From positions 1 through 42,076 of the forward strand of contig DCBD01000111.1 of NCBI GenBank assembly GCA_002313355.1: a stretch of DNA of 42,076 nucleotides. Reading direction: 5' to 3'. A program made the position numbers and the translations under genes. The notes below the pieces were generated by a model. That model saw only the letters and a program-made list of their open reading frames with translations. It was not told the DNA's origin and did no database searches. This DNA comes from Opitutia bacterium UBA1116 (GTDB lineage Bacteria; Verrucomicrobiota; Verrucomicrobiia; Opitutales; UBA1977). How positions within the stretch are numbered: the stretch's first letter is position 1; every line of letters starts with the position of its first letter. Positions 26,563 to 36,299 of this stretch are shown here, in pieces.

Positions 26563-27707
26563 AAATCCTAAATACCATTCGTTCTATCGACCCCACATGC
26601 GGCGGAGTTATCGAGGCCGTTCGGCTTTACAGTCAAGCCCTCGAATCACTTGGGCATGATGCTGAGATCGCCTCATTGGACGCCCCTCAAACACGCATTG
26701 ATGAGCTCAAAAACATTCCCTGCCACCCTCTAGGACCAGGCATGGGCAACTACGGTTATTCTCAGCTTTGGACACCCTGGATAAGCAAGCATGCCAAGCA
26801 ATATGATGCTATTATTATCCATGGGTTATGGCAGTACCATGGCCTTGGAACTGTCCGAGGGCTTCAAAAAACAGGCGTTCCATACTATATATTCCCTCAT
26901 GGGATGTTGGATCCTTGGTTTAAACAGGCAAATAAGCTAAAGCATCTTAAAAAAAACATCTACTGGAAACTCATAGAAAACAAAATACTCTCTCACTCAA
27001 AAGCTGTGCTGTTTACCTGTGAAGAAGAGGCCCGCTTAGCTAAATCAACCTTCACCCCATACAAAGCCAATGAGGCCATTGTTGGTCTTGGCATCGAAAA
27101 GTCCCCAACCCATGAAGACGCATCCAAAGAGGCTTTTTTTAATGCTTTTCCCGAATTAAAGAATGAACGCATATTGCTTCACCTAGGACGGATTGATCCC
27201 AAAAAAGGGATCGACAACTTAATTCGAGCCTTCAAGGAGATTACACAAACTAAAAATCTGACAGACTTAAACCTCGTCATCGCAGGCCCTTCTGCAGATA
27301 AACACTACATACAATCACTAAAAGAAGAAGCACGAGGCACTTTGTCACCCATACATTTTTTACCCATGCTTTCAGGCCCTCTTAAATGGGGCGCCTTCTT
27401 TGCAAGCGAAGCGTTCATCTCTCCGACACACCAGGAAAACTTCGGAATAGTCTTTGCCGAGGCATTATCCTGCAGCACACCTATATTAACCACTCACCAG
27501 GTAAACATTCACAGCACTATAGAACAGTCAGGAGCTGGCTTGATTGAGCCCGACACAGAAGAAGGAACTCGCAAGCTTCTCGAGCAATGGCTCAATCTAG
27601 ATGGACACAGCAAAGCCCTTATGCGAGTTAAAGCGCACGATTGTTTTAAGACGCACTTTCAAATCAAACAATGCACCCAAAATCTTCTTAAAGTCATCCA
27701 GTCATAA
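26559..27707 (+). CDS. Glycosyltransferase family 4
   Basis: MKILNTIRSIDPTCGGV, HLGRIDPKKGID and PTHQENFGIVFAEALSCSTPILTT are GT4 signatures. An ATGA overlap couples it to the upstream gene. Confidence 0.8.
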   Translation: MKILNTIRSIDPTCGGVIEAVRLYSQALESLGHDAEIASLDAPQTRIDELKNIPCHPLGPGMGNYGYSQLWTPWISKHAKQYDAIIIHGLWQYHGLGTVRGLQKTGVPYYIFPHGMLDPWFKQANKLKHLKKNIYWKLIENKILSHSKAVLFTCEEEARLAKSTFTPYKANEAIVGLGIEKSPTHEDASKEAFFNAFPELKNERILLHLGRIDPKKGIDNLIRAFKEITQTKNLTDLNLVIAGPSADKHYIQSLKEEARGTLSPIHFLPMLSGPLKWGAFFASEAFISPTHQENFGIVFAEALSCSTPILTTHQVNIHSTIEQSGAGLIEPDTEEGTRKLLEQWLNLDGHSKALMRVKAHDCFKTHFQIKQCTQNLLKVIQS

Positions 27708-28258
27708 TGGAGATTAACACAAACACACACACCGGCCCGTCCTTTTCTCTTAAAAATAGATGTCTTCGAGCTCTATGGAGCATTGCTTACACACTACTTT
27801 TTAGACCCAGCCCACGCATAGCCCATACGTGGCGTACATGGCTATTACGATCCTTTGGCGCAAGACTAGGCAAAAACTGTCACATTTATCCTAAAGCAAT
27901 AGTTTGGGCCCCATGGAATCTCGTCTGCGACGATGAAGTGGGCGTCGCAGATGATGTCATCCTTTACAATCAAGCGCCGATCACACTTGGATATCGCGTT
28001 GTTATTTCTCAAAGAAGCCATTTATGCACGGGAACACACGACTATAATGACCCTGGGTTCCCTCTTATCGCAAAACCCATTAGCATAGGGGCTAAAGCAT
28101 GGATCGCGGCAGAGAGCTTTATCCACCCCGCCGTTGTCGTTGGCGAAGGTTGCGTTGTAGGCGCACGCTCTGTAGTTATTAACAGCCTCCCCCCCTGGAA
28201 AGTCTGCACAGGAAACCCTTGTGCACCCATAAAAGACCGAAAGCGCCATGAAAGATAA
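27707..28258 (+). CDS. Hexapeptide-repeat (LbH) acetyltransferase, WcaF-like
   Basis: The N-terminal hydrophobic RALWSIAYTLLFRPSP segment is followed by left-handed beta-helix repeats (IGAKAWIAAESFIHPAVVVGEGCVVGARSVV). This layout is typical of colanic-acid-type O-acetyltransferases. Confidence 0.8.
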   Translation: MEINTNTHTGPSFSLKNRCLRALWSIAYTLLFRPSPRIAHTWRTWLLRSFGARLGKNCHIYPKAIVWAPWNLVCDDEVGVADDVILYNQAPITLGYRVVISQRSHLCTGTHDYNDPGFPLIAKPISIGAKAWIAAESFIHPAVVVGEGCVVGARSVVINSLPPWKVCTGNPCAPIKDRKRHER

Positions 28259-29129
28259 AGTTCCCATCAGTATTTTAATTCCAACTAAAAACGAAGCTCA
28301 TCAGTTGCCGCGTTGCTTAGACTCTATTCACTGGGCAGACGAAATTTTTTTCGTTGATTCACAAAGCACGGATACCACTAAAAACATTGCCAATGCTGCA
28401 GGAGCTCACGTTGTTCAATTTCACTTTAATGGGACCTGGCCTAAAAAGAAAAACTGGGCCTTAGAAAATATTCCTTTTAAACATCCATGGGTACTCATTT
28501 TGGACGCCGACGAAGTCATGCCACCCGAAGCCAAAGAAGAAATCCGAAAGATTGTGACGGACCCTGGCTGCCCTCACTCAGGATACTGGATTAACCGCCG
28601 TTTCTACTTTTTAGATAAACCTCTTAAACATGCTTATTTCCCCAATTGGAATCTTCGCCTAGTTCAGCATAAACACGCACGCTACGAAGCCCTCACTAAA
28701 CAAGCTACAGAAAGCGGTGACAATGAAGTTCATGAACACATGGCAGTCCAAGGAAGCACCGGGCGATTAAAATCTGTCATGGACCATCATGCTTTTCCTA
28801 GCATTGAAGTATTCATCGAAAAACATAATCGATACTCGAACTGGGAAGCTCGCATTGCTCTAGAAAAAAATACAAACAATCCAAGCGCATCTTTAGATCA
28901 AGGAACTAGCAGCAAGCGTCTACTTAAGCAATTAGTACGCCACCTGCCTTTCAGGCCAACACTACGTTTTCTTTACGTCTATCTCGTACAAGGAGGCATC
29001 CTGGATGGCCGAAGAGGTTATTACTTTGCAAGGCTCCACGGCCTCTACGAGTTTCTAAATGTCGCAAAGACCTACGAGCTCAAGCTAAAGCAGCAGGCTA
29101 AAAGTCCAGCACAGCACCAGGCTCCATAA
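28248..29129 (+). CDS. Glycosyltransferase family 2 (WaaE/KdtX-like subgroup)
   Basis: ISILIPTKNEAHQLPRCLDS, VDSQSTDTT and ILDADE (DxD) motifs are present, with a C-terminal helical extension. Confidence 0.8.
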   Translation: MKDKVPISILIPTKNEAHQLPRCLDSIHWADEIFFVDSQSTDTTKNIANAAGAHVVQFHFNGTWPKKKNWALENIPFKHPWVLILDADEVMPPEAKEEIRKIVTDPGCPHSGYWINRRFYFLDKPLKHAYFPNWNLRLVQHKHARYEALTKQATESGDNEVHEHMAVQGSTGRLKSVMDHHAFPSIEVFIEKHNRYSNWEARIALEKNTNNPSASLDQGTSSKRLLKQLVRHLPFRPTLRFLYVYLVQGGILDGRRGYYFARLHGLYEFLNVAKTYELKLKQQAKSPAQHQAP

Positions 29130-29784
29130 GAGAGCAAGCCACACCCATATCATCAACCAAGGATTTAAAGCGAGAAGCATCGACCTCAATAGGAGGGAAG
29201 GTGTTATAATGGACAGGCACAACATGCTTAGGCCTTAAAAATTCAACTGCTTTAGCTGCATCCTCAATACCCATGGTAAACCAATCTCCAATGGGTAGAA
29301 ATGCAAGATCAATGGCGTGCATCTCACCAATAAGTTTCATGTCTAGAAATAATGCTGTATCCCCAGCATGATAGATAGTTTTGCCATCGAGATCGAGAAT
29401 CACACCTGCAGGATTACCTACATAATGAACATTGCCTGACTCATCGGTAATGCTCGAGCTATGATGAGCTAAAGTAAACTTGATCTTTCCAAAAGGAAAT
29501 GCTCCAGCACCCCCAATGCCCATACCATGGGCCTGAGCCCCCTTAGACTCGCAATAACTAGCTAGCTCATAAGTAGTGATAATGGGCGATTGGTTTGCTT
29601 GGGCCATAGGAATTGCATCGCCCAGGTGGTCGCCATGCCCGTGCGTCAAAATGATATAGTCACACGTGACTGCTTCAGGTTTCACAGGACAGTGAGGATT
29701 GCCGCTTAAAAAAGGGTCTATAACCAAGGTGTGTGTACCTGTATCAATAGAACAAGCAGAATGCCCGAAGTATGTGATTTTCAT
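29098..29784 (-). CDS. Metal-dependent hydrolase, UPF0173 (metallo-beta-lactamase fold)
   Basis: I trimmed the ORF to MKITYFGHSAC (ATG at 29784). HGHGDH and HYNTFP motifs are present. Size is about 228 aa. Confidence 0.8.
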   Translation of the reverse strand: MKITYFGHSACSIDTGTHTLVIDPFLSGNPHCPVKPEAVTCDYIILTHGHGDHLGDAIPMAQANQSPIITTYELASYCESKGAQAHGMGIGGAGAFPFGKIKFTLAHHSSSITDESGNVHYVGNPAGVILDLDGKTIYHAGDTALFLDMKLIGEMHAIDLAFLPIGDWFTMGIEDAAKAVEFLRPKHVVPVHYNTFPPIEVDASRFKSLVDDMGVACSLMEPGAVLDF

Positions 29785-29907
29785 AGGATAATAATAAAAA
29801 TTAAAGCACAAGACCTATAAAAAGGCAAAACGCGCGTCAACGGCTTAAAGAGACTCAAAATTTGCTTTTTTAACGATAATGAACTACAGTAAACGCAAGC
29901 CATTGCT

Positions 29908-30570
29908 ATGCGCTCAAAAACATCCAACGAAGAAATTATGCAAATCGAGCTCGCGCTTGAGCAAAGCCAATCCTACGACTCTGTGCGGGGCCTAGCGACT
30001 ATCTTTTGGGGGCTGATCATTGCAAAATGTTTTTTAGCTCAATGGGCTGTCTTATCTTACGATGTACCCATCAATGCATTGGTTTTTGTCTGGTTTCCCT
30101 CTCTTATATTTGGAGGGCTGTGTACTCTTATCTATGTCTCCATGACACTGCGTCGCCTCAAAATACGCAGTCTTGCCGGGCGATTTGTTCGCCATATCTG
30201 GGGTGCATGTTTTGCCCTCATCAGCTTACTCACCGTCCTCGGAGGAGGACTCGACCGCTTTAACCCTTTCTTGCTTCCCGGATTTTTTGCCCTGGTACTT
30301 GGCGCAGGGTTTTACATTCATAGCACCCTAGAAAAAAGAGCCATATTTAAATGGGCTGCCGCAGGTTGGTGGCTTAGCTCCGGATGGCTTTTTTATCAAC
30401 CAGGCATCAATGCCCTGGGCTGGTTTGCTCTTTGCATCATACTTTTTCAAGTGGCACCTGCCATTATGCTATACTGCATAGACCACAGACCACACCCCCG
30501 CCCACTTCCCCTTCCAGCGGTAATGCATCCCCCAAATATTCACATCCAGCCACCCAAGCATCCATCCTAA
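29908..30570 (+). CDS. Hypothetical polytopic membrane protein with a Pro/His-rich C-terminal tail
   Basis: The product has about 6 hydrophobic segments. I recognised no family. Its 3' end overlaps convergent upp by 4 nt. Confidence 0.5.
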   Translation: MRSKTSNEEIMQIELALEQSQSYDSVRGLATIFWGLIIAKCFLAQWAVLSYDVPINALVFVWFPSLIFGGLCTLIYVSMTLRRLKIRSLAGRFVRHIWGACFALISLLTVLGGGLDRFNPFLLPGFFALVLGAGFYIHSTLEKRAIFKWAAAGWWLSSGWLFYQPGINALGWFALCIILFQVAPAIMLYCIDHRPHPRPLPLPAVMHPPNIHIQPPKHPS

Positions 30571-31184
30571 GTTCCAAAAAGCCGATCCCCAAAATCCCCG
30601 AGGCCTGGAACAATGAATCTTTGCCCATTAAGGGCACGATCCAAAGATGCTGTAAAAATGGGTAAATCCGGAAATGCAGAGGTCAAAAGATCAACGCCTT
30701 CTGGAGCAGCAACGATAGATACCATCATCACGCTTGCAGGGCCCTCACCATAAACCTGCTCCAAGGCTTTCTTTGCAGAGCCTCCCGTAGCAAGCATAGG
30801 ATCTAAAATTAATACGTCTCGACCTTTTAACTCTGGAAGCTTCAAATAATAACTGCGCGCTTGGGCTGTCGTCTCATCACGCTCAAGACCAACGTAGCCA
30901 ACAGAAACATCCGGCAATACTTTCAAAAACGGCTGAAGCATTGCAAGCCCTGCGCGTAAGATAGGAACGACGACAAGAGACCGCTCAAGCGCTATGCCTT
31001 GACAGCCCTCAACCGGTGTTTCCACAAAAACATCCTTGGTTTTCAGCTCACGCGTTGATTCAACAATCATGAAGTAGGTGAGCTGCTCACAAAGATTCCT
31101 AAAGTGGGCAGGGTCGGTATCTTTATCGCGCAGCAATGTTAAAATATGGACAGCCAAAGGGTGATCTACTATGTGTAAAGCCAT
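30567..31184 (-). CDS. upp: Uracil phosphoribosyltransferase
   Basis: The PRPP-binding loop VLILDPMLATGGS and the C-terminal IVPGLGDFGDRLFGT motif are present. Size is 205 aa. Confidence 0.93.
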   Translation of the reverse strand: MALHIVDHPLAVHILTLLRDKDTDPAHFRNLCEQLTYFMIVESTRELKTKDVFVETPVEGCQGIALERSLVVVPILRAGLAMLQPFLKVLPDVSVGYVGLERDETTAQARSYYLKLPELKGRDVLILDPMLATGGSAKKALEQVYGEGPASVMMVSIVAAPEGVDLLTSAFPDLPIFTASLDRALNGQRFIVPGLGDFGDRLFGT

Positions 31185-31288
31185 AAATAATACTTATCAG
31201 GGTTCTTTCAGTTTTTGCAAATAGCACTTGGCCTTGGCAAGGCTATTTCCTAGCATTATTGTTTCTTTGCATCTCTACGACTACAATT

Positions 31289-32242
31289 ATGGCTGCTGAC
31301 ATCGTCGTTATAGGAAGTTACAATCAAGACTTTGTCTGGAAGGCAGACCGCTTTCCCAAGCCCGGAGAGACCATCCCTGGCACATTTGCCACAGGCCCAG
31401 GAGGAAAAGGTTCTAACCAAGCCATTGCTGCCGCGCGCTCAGGTGCTTCAACAGCTTTTGTTGGCGCTGTTGGCAACGATACTCTTGGAGAAAACGCCCA
31501 AGCACTACACAAACGCGAAGGCATTGAGTCGCATCTTGCCATAAAGACTCAAGCGCCCACGGGAAGTGCTGCCATCATTGTTGACGCCACAGGCCAAAAC
31601 CAAATCATAGGCGACATGGGTGCAAACCTTGAGCTTCAAGAAGCAGACGTGCCTGAAAGCCTGCTTCGCAAGGCACTCATTGTCCTTGCACAACCTGAAT
31701 CGAACCCCGCTACAATTCGGGCGACACTGCACAAAGCCCACGAACTAGGCAAAATCACGATTCTCAACCCTGCACCCATAGCAGAAAATTTCGACATAAG
31801 CATTTTAAATGCCGTTGATATCCTCATCCCCAATGAGCTCGAATTCGCTACTCTAGTCCGCTTAACGCCTGCCTGCCGCAATCCTAAGTTTAGCACAGAA
31901 GACCTTTTTACCCTGAATGATGCTGCCCTTCACAACCTTTGCCGCTCTCTAGGGGTTGCAACCGTTATCATCACGCTGGGTAATCAAGGTTGCTTTCTTT
32001 CAGAAAAAAACGGTCACAGACGCTTTTCAATCTATCACGGGCTTCCGGTTGTCGACACTACAGGAGCTGGAGATGCTTTCATCGGAGCTTTTTCCTCAGG
32101 GCTTATTCAATTTAACAACAACATCCCAAAAGCCATTCAATTTGCAAGCATTGCAGCAGCTCTTGCCGTTTCAAAATCTGGGGCTGCCGCTGCAATGCCC
32201 AAGGCTGAAGACATTCAAAAGCACCTCAGCTTAGCTTTTTAG
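31289..32242 (+). CDS. rbsK: Ribokinase (PfkB family)
   Basis: VIGSYNQD, GGKGSNQA and the DTTGAGDAF anion-hole motif are present. I prefer the ATG at 31289 over the TTG at 31259. Confidence 0.85.
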   Translation: MAADIVVIGSYNQDFVWKADRFPKPGETIPGTFATGPGGKGSNQAIAAARSGASTAFVGAVGNDTLGENAQALHKREGIESHLAIKTQAPTGSAAIIVDATGQNQIIGDMGANLELQEADVPESLLRKALIVLAQPESNPATIRATLHKAHELGKITILNPAPIAENFDISILNAVDILIPNELEFATLVRLTPACRNPKFSTEDLFTLNDAALHNLCRSLGVATVIITLGNQGCFLSEKNGHRRFSIYHGLPVVDTTGAGDAFIGAFSSGLIQFNNNIPKAIQFASIAAALAVSKSGAAAAMPKAEDIQKHLSLAF

Positions 32243-32298
32243 CAATAATCCAAAGGGGAGTCTTGCTTTCACCTTCTACCCCCGTATAAAAGGGTTCT

Positions 32299-34152
32299 AT
32301 GACAACCAGAACGCAAGAAACCCACGAATTTCAAGCTGAAGTTAAGCAAGTTTTGGACATTGTCGTCCACTCGCTCTACACAGACAAAGAAATATTCTTA
32401 CGTGAGCTGATCTCTAATGCCTCAGATGCATTAGAAAAACTTCGCCATAAACAACTTAGCGAAAAAAGTATTTTTGATGATCACCTCGCGCTAGAAATCA
32501 ATATCACGAGCAATGAAACCGCAAAGACCATCACGATTCAAGACTTTGGGATCGGCATGACACGTGATGAGCTCATCGAAAATCTAGGCACCATTGCGCA
32601 CTCTGGCTCAAAAGCTTTTCTGGAAGCCCTTAAAGCAAATGGGGGCAATAGCGAGGCCCTTATTGGTCAATTTGGTGTTGGATTTTACAGTGCTTTTATG
32701 GTCGCCGAAAAAGTGGAAGTCTTCACGCGCAGCTGGGAAAAAGATGCTTCTTGCTATCACTGGGCTAGCGACGGCAGTGGTCAATACACACTCGAAGAGA
32801 CCGAAGGCGAACGTCGAGGCTGCAAAATCATTGTCCACCTAAAGGATGAGTTCAAAGAATTTGCCCAAAAAAGCCGCATCGAAAACATCATTCAGCGCTA
32901 TTCAAACTTTGTTTCATTCCCAATCCACCTGAATGGCGACCATGTAAACACCCTTGAAGCTCTATGGCTAAAGTCTAAATCAGAGCTCAAGGACGAAGAC
33001 CTCAAAGCATTCTATCAATTTCAGGCTCATGCTTTTGACGAGCCCTTCACATGGATGCACTTTACCACAGATGCTCCTCTTGACATCCACACACTCCTTT
33101 TTGTCCCTGGGGAAAACACGGAGCAACTCGGCCTCAGCCGCTATGAGGCTAACGTTAGCCTTTATTGCCGAAAAGTGCTGATTGATCCCAACCCCAAACA
33201 ACTGCTCCCCGAGTGGCTACGTTTTCTAAAAGGTGTTGTCGACAGCGCTGACCTTCCCCTCAATATCTCACGCGAAAGCATGCAAGATAGCGCTCTTGTT
33301 GCTAAACTAAAAACAGTCCTTACACGACGCTTTTTAAAAATGCTCGAGACCATGGCGAGCGAAGATAAAGCGCGCTATACCGAGTTCTGGCAAAAATTTG
33401 GTAACTTTATCAAAGAAGGCGTCGTCACAGACTTTGGCCACCGCGAACAGCTCTCTAAGCTTCTCCGTTTTGAAAGCTCAGCGCAAGATGAAGGTACATT
33501 CACAAGCCTTGAAGAATATACCTCACGGATGCTCGAATGCCAAAAAGATATTTACTTTTTGCAGGCCCCAAATCGTAGCGCTGCAGAACAAAGTCCTTAT
33601 CTTGAAGCCTTCAAGGCTCGCAATTGGGAAGTGCTCTTCATTTACGAACCTATTGACAATTTCGCACTCTCACATCTTGCAACATTTAATGACAAGCAGC
33701 TCGTCTCAGCAGACAAAGACACTATCGATCTCGGGACACATACAGAACAAAACCAAGATGGTTTACCCGAAGAAGCCACAAATGCCCTATGCAGCTGGAT
33801 CCAAGAAACTTTAGGCAATAAGAAGGCAAGCTCCGTAACCAGCAGCCAACGACTCAGCGAAACCCCCATGATTGCACTCTGTTCAGATAGCATGATGGCA
33901 GGTAACATGCGCAAAATTCTCGAGCGTGTTCAGGGCACCTCACCTGAAGAACCTCCTATTAAAATTGAAATCAACCCAAGCCATCCTCTGATTAAACAAC
34001 TCGCATCCCTACAAGACACCCATCCTGATAGAGGAAAGCTCATTATAGAGCAACTCTATGACAACGCACGCATAGCTGCAGGACTTTTGGATAATCCCAA
34101 TGCTATGGTCAAGCGGATCAACACCCTACTAGAACAACTTGCCCATGAATAA
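32299..34152 (+). CDS. htpG: Molecular chaperone HtpG (Hsp90)
   Basis: The GHKL ATPase N-domain reads FLRELISNASDALEKLR, IGQFGVGFYSAF. The middle-domain motif LNISRE is present. Size is 617 aa. Confidence 0.95.
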   Translation: MTTRTQETHEFQAEVKQVLDIVVHSLYTDKEIFLRELISNASDALEKLRHKQLSEKSIFDDHLALEINITSNETAKTITIQDFGIGMTRDELIENLGTIAHSGSKAFLEALKANGGNSEALIGQFGVGFYSAFMVAEKVEVFTRSWEKDASCYHWASDGSGQYTLEETEGERRGCKIIVHLKDEFKEFAQKSRIENIIQRYSNFVSFPIHLNGDHVNTLEALWLKSKSELKDEDLKAFYQFQAHAFDEPFTWMHFTTDAPLDIHTLLFVPGENTEQLGLSRYEANVSLYCRKVLIDPNPKQLLPEWLRFLKGVVDSADLPLNISRESMQDSALVAKLKTVLTRRFLKMLETMASEDKARYTEFWQKFGNFIKEGVVTDFGHREQLSKLLRFESSAQDEGTFTSLEEYTSRMLECQKDIYFLQAPNRSAAEQSPYLEAFKARNWEVLFIYEPIDNFALSHLATFNDKQLVSADKDTIDLGTHTEQNQDGLPEEATNALCSWIQETLGNKKASSVTSSQRLSETPMIALCSDSMMAGNMRKILERVQGTSPEEPPIKIEINPSHPLIKQLASLQDTHPDRGKLIIEQLYDNARIAAGLLDNPNAMVKRINTLLEQLAHE

Positions 34153-34918
34153 ATCCAAAACGCGCTACGAAATCTATACATTTGGCCTTAAAAGCGTCTT
34201 AGGCCTTTTTGAAAAAAGGCCTGAGGCTATCCGCTATCTCGTTTTTGTTGAGGAGTTGAGTCCTAAACTGGGTGCTATTTGCAGCTTTTTGGCTAAAAAC
34301 AAAAAAGCCTATAAGCAACTATCAAATAATGAGTTAAATGAAATGGCCGGCTACAAAGAACACGGCGGCGTGATTGCCGTGGCCGTTCCTCCTTCAGTCA
34401 AAAAGCCAAACTATGCAGACTTTACCCGCTGGCAAACAGAACGATCACCCCTACTCATGCTTGAGTCATTCACATCAGGCCGCGCTCTCGGCTCACTCCT
34501 GCAGGCAGCTCATAGCCTAGGGATGAAACGCGTGCTCCTTGTACACCCCAAAGATCAAGCTCACTTCTCCGATGAGGCTTTCCTCAGTGCCGAAGGGGCC
34601 CATGAGCACCTAGAGTTCTATGAGGTTGAAGCAGCTTCATCCTTATTTAAGAAACTCAAGGACAAATACATATCCATCGTTGGCGCCCCCAGTGGCATAG
34701 GTGGGCGCAATCTTAATTTTGCAAAACCCATCAATGCCCCAGGCCGTCCCTTTATGCTGCTCATTAATGGCAGCGAAGCAGGTCCTGCGTCCAGAACCTT
34801 AGGCCAAGCTGAATACGTCATCCAAATCCCCGGCATCACGCAAGGAAACGCCCAACTCAAACCAGACATTCTTGGCTCCATTTTGCTCGCCTGGCTTCAA
34901 AGTCGCCGTAAGCTTTAA
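34145..34918 (+). CDS. SpoU/TrmH (SPOUT)-like RNA methyltransferase homologue with degenerate motifs
   Basis: The overall layout is RlmB/TrmH-like, with an N-terminal substrate-binding-like domain and a C-terminal SPOUT region. The three SPOUT motifs read SGRALGSLLQAAHSLG, LINGSEAGPAS and IQIPGITQGNAQLKPDILGSILLAW. These deviate from the consensus at the Asn, Arg and SLN positions. The ATG at 34145 overlaps the htpG stop. Confidence 0.5.
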   Translation: MNKSKTRYEIYTFGLKSVLGLFEKRPEAIRYLVFVEELSPKLGAICSFLAKNKKAYKQLSNNELNEMAGYKEHGGVIAVAVPPSVKKPNYADFTRWQTERSPLLMLESFTSGRALGSLLQAAHSLGMKRVLLVHPKDQAHFSDEAFLSAEGAHEHLEFYEVEAASSLFKKLKDKYISIVGAPSGIGGRNLNFAKPINAPGRPFMLLINGSEAGPASRTLGQAEYVIQIPGITQGNAQLKPDILGSILLAWLQSRRKL

Positions 34919-34928
34919 AGGCAGCCCC

Positions 34929-36299
34929 ATGGCCATCGCATCCATTAACCCCACAAACGGGCAGCTCATCCAAGAATACCCGCCTATGGATAGCGCCTCA
35001 TGCTTAGAGGTTCTAAACGTGGTAGACCACGCTTGGAAATCCTGGAAGCAAGCACCTTTAAGCTTTAGGCAAGAATGCTTTACACGACTATCGACCTTAT
35101 TAGAGGCACGCATTCAAGATCTAGCTCGTTTGATGGCTCAAGAAATGGGCAAGCCCATCCACCAAGGGATTGCAGAGATAGAAAAATGCGCTTGGGTCTG
35201 CCAATACTACTGCACTCACGCCAAAGATTTCCTTAAAGACAGACCCATCGAAACAGAGGCTGAAAGCAGTTTTGTCACATTCCAGCCTTTGGGGGTGATT
35301 TTTGCCATCATGCCCTGGAACTTTCCTTTTTGGCAAGTTTTTCGCGCTGCAGTCCCTGCACTCATGGCAGGGAATGCAATGCTGCTCAAGCACGCTCCCA
35401 ATGTACCTGGCTGCGCCCTTGCCATAGAAATGCTCTTCACTCAGGCGGGATTCCCTAAAAATATCTTTCGCAGTGTTTTAGCTGAAAATGACACGGCTGA
35501 GCCCATCATACAAAACACGTCCATTCAAGGAGTTACATTAACGGGAAGCACTCGAGCAGGCAGCCGAGTAGGTGCCCTTGCTGGCAAACACCTTAAAAAA
35601 GTAGTCATGGAGCTAGGAGGGAGCGACCCTTACATAGTGCTCGAAGATGCTAATATTGAACAAGCTGCAAACATTTGCGCAGCATCGCGAATGATTAATG
35701 GCGGGCAAAGTTGCATTGCCGCAAAACGTCTTATTGTGGTAGAATCGATTCAAGAAGCCTTTAAAGAAACTCTTATAAAAACAATGGCAGGCTATACCAT
35801 GGGCGACCCCGAAGACCCCGAGACAACACTGGGGCCTATGGCACGCATAGACCTACGCAACACCCTTCACGACCAGGTTCTAAAATCTATAGAACAAGGC
35901 GCGACACTTCTTCTTGGAGGAGCTCTCCCCCAAGAAGAAGGCTATTTTTACCCCCCTACTGTACTCAGTGAAGTCCGTCCAGGAATGCCCGCCTATGAAG
36001 AGGAGCTATTCGGCCCTGTTGCAGCTATCATTTCTGCTAAGGACGAAAAGGAAGCCATTGCCATTGCGAATGATACGGCCCTTGGGCTAGGCGGCGCAGT
36101 ATTCACTCGAGACAAACATCGCGGACAATCGATGGCTACACAGATCCAAGCGGGCAATGTCGCTATTAATAGCCTTGTTCAGTCAGACCCACGCCTGCCC
36201 TTTGGGGGCACGAAAGCATCGGGGTTTGGTCGAGAATTAAGCATCTATGGTATACACGAATTTGTGAATATAAAAACTATTGTCGTTCACGAGTCATGA
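34929..36299 (+). CDS. NAD(P)+-dependent aldehyde dehydrogenase, succinate-semialdehyde dehydrogenase-like
   Basis: I trimmed the ORF to [12 protein letters not shown] (ATG at 34929). The catalytic Glu lies in MELGGSDP and the catalytic Cys in [17 protein letters not shown] and the cofactor motif LTGSTRAG are present. Confidence 0.8.
   Translation: MAIASINPTNGQLIQEYPPMDSASCLEVLNVVDHAWKSWKQAPLSFRQECFTRLSTLLEARIQDLARLMAQEMGKPIHQGIAEIEKCAWVCQYYCTHAKDFLKDRPIETEAESSFVTFQPLGVIFAIMPWNFPFWQVFRAAVPALMAGNAMLLKHAPNVPGCALAIEMLFTQAGFPKNIFRSVLAENDTAEPIIQNTSIQGVTLTGSTRAGSRVGALAGKHLKKVVMELGGSDPYIVLEDANIEQAANICAASRMINGGQSCIAAKRLIVVESIQEAFKETLIKTMAGYTMGDPEDPETTLGPMARIDLRNTLHDQVLKSIEQGATLLLGGALPQEEGYFYPPTVLSEVRPGMPAYEEELFGPVAAIISAKDEKEAIAIANDTALGLGGAVFTRDKHRGQSMATQIQAGNVAINSLVQSDPRLPFGGTKASGFGRELSIYGIHEFVNIKTIVVHES

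Noticed and set aside
28248-29784. 32-nt overlap of the convergent 3' ends of the last GT2 (ends at 29129) and the UPF0173 hydrolase (ends at 29098), as a possible antisense-regulation feature
   Set aside because: Short convergent overlaps are common in compact genomes. No terminator or structure is evident, and nothing in the sequence suggests more than tight packing.
32262-32287. Sigma-32-type heat-shock promoter (CTTGCT ... CCCCGTAT) upstream of htpG
   Set aside because: The spacer is only 11-12 nt, against the expected 13-17. The -10 element would sit about 11 nt from the ATG, which leaves essentially no leader or RBS. htpG may instead be read through from rbsK or use an unrecognised promoter.
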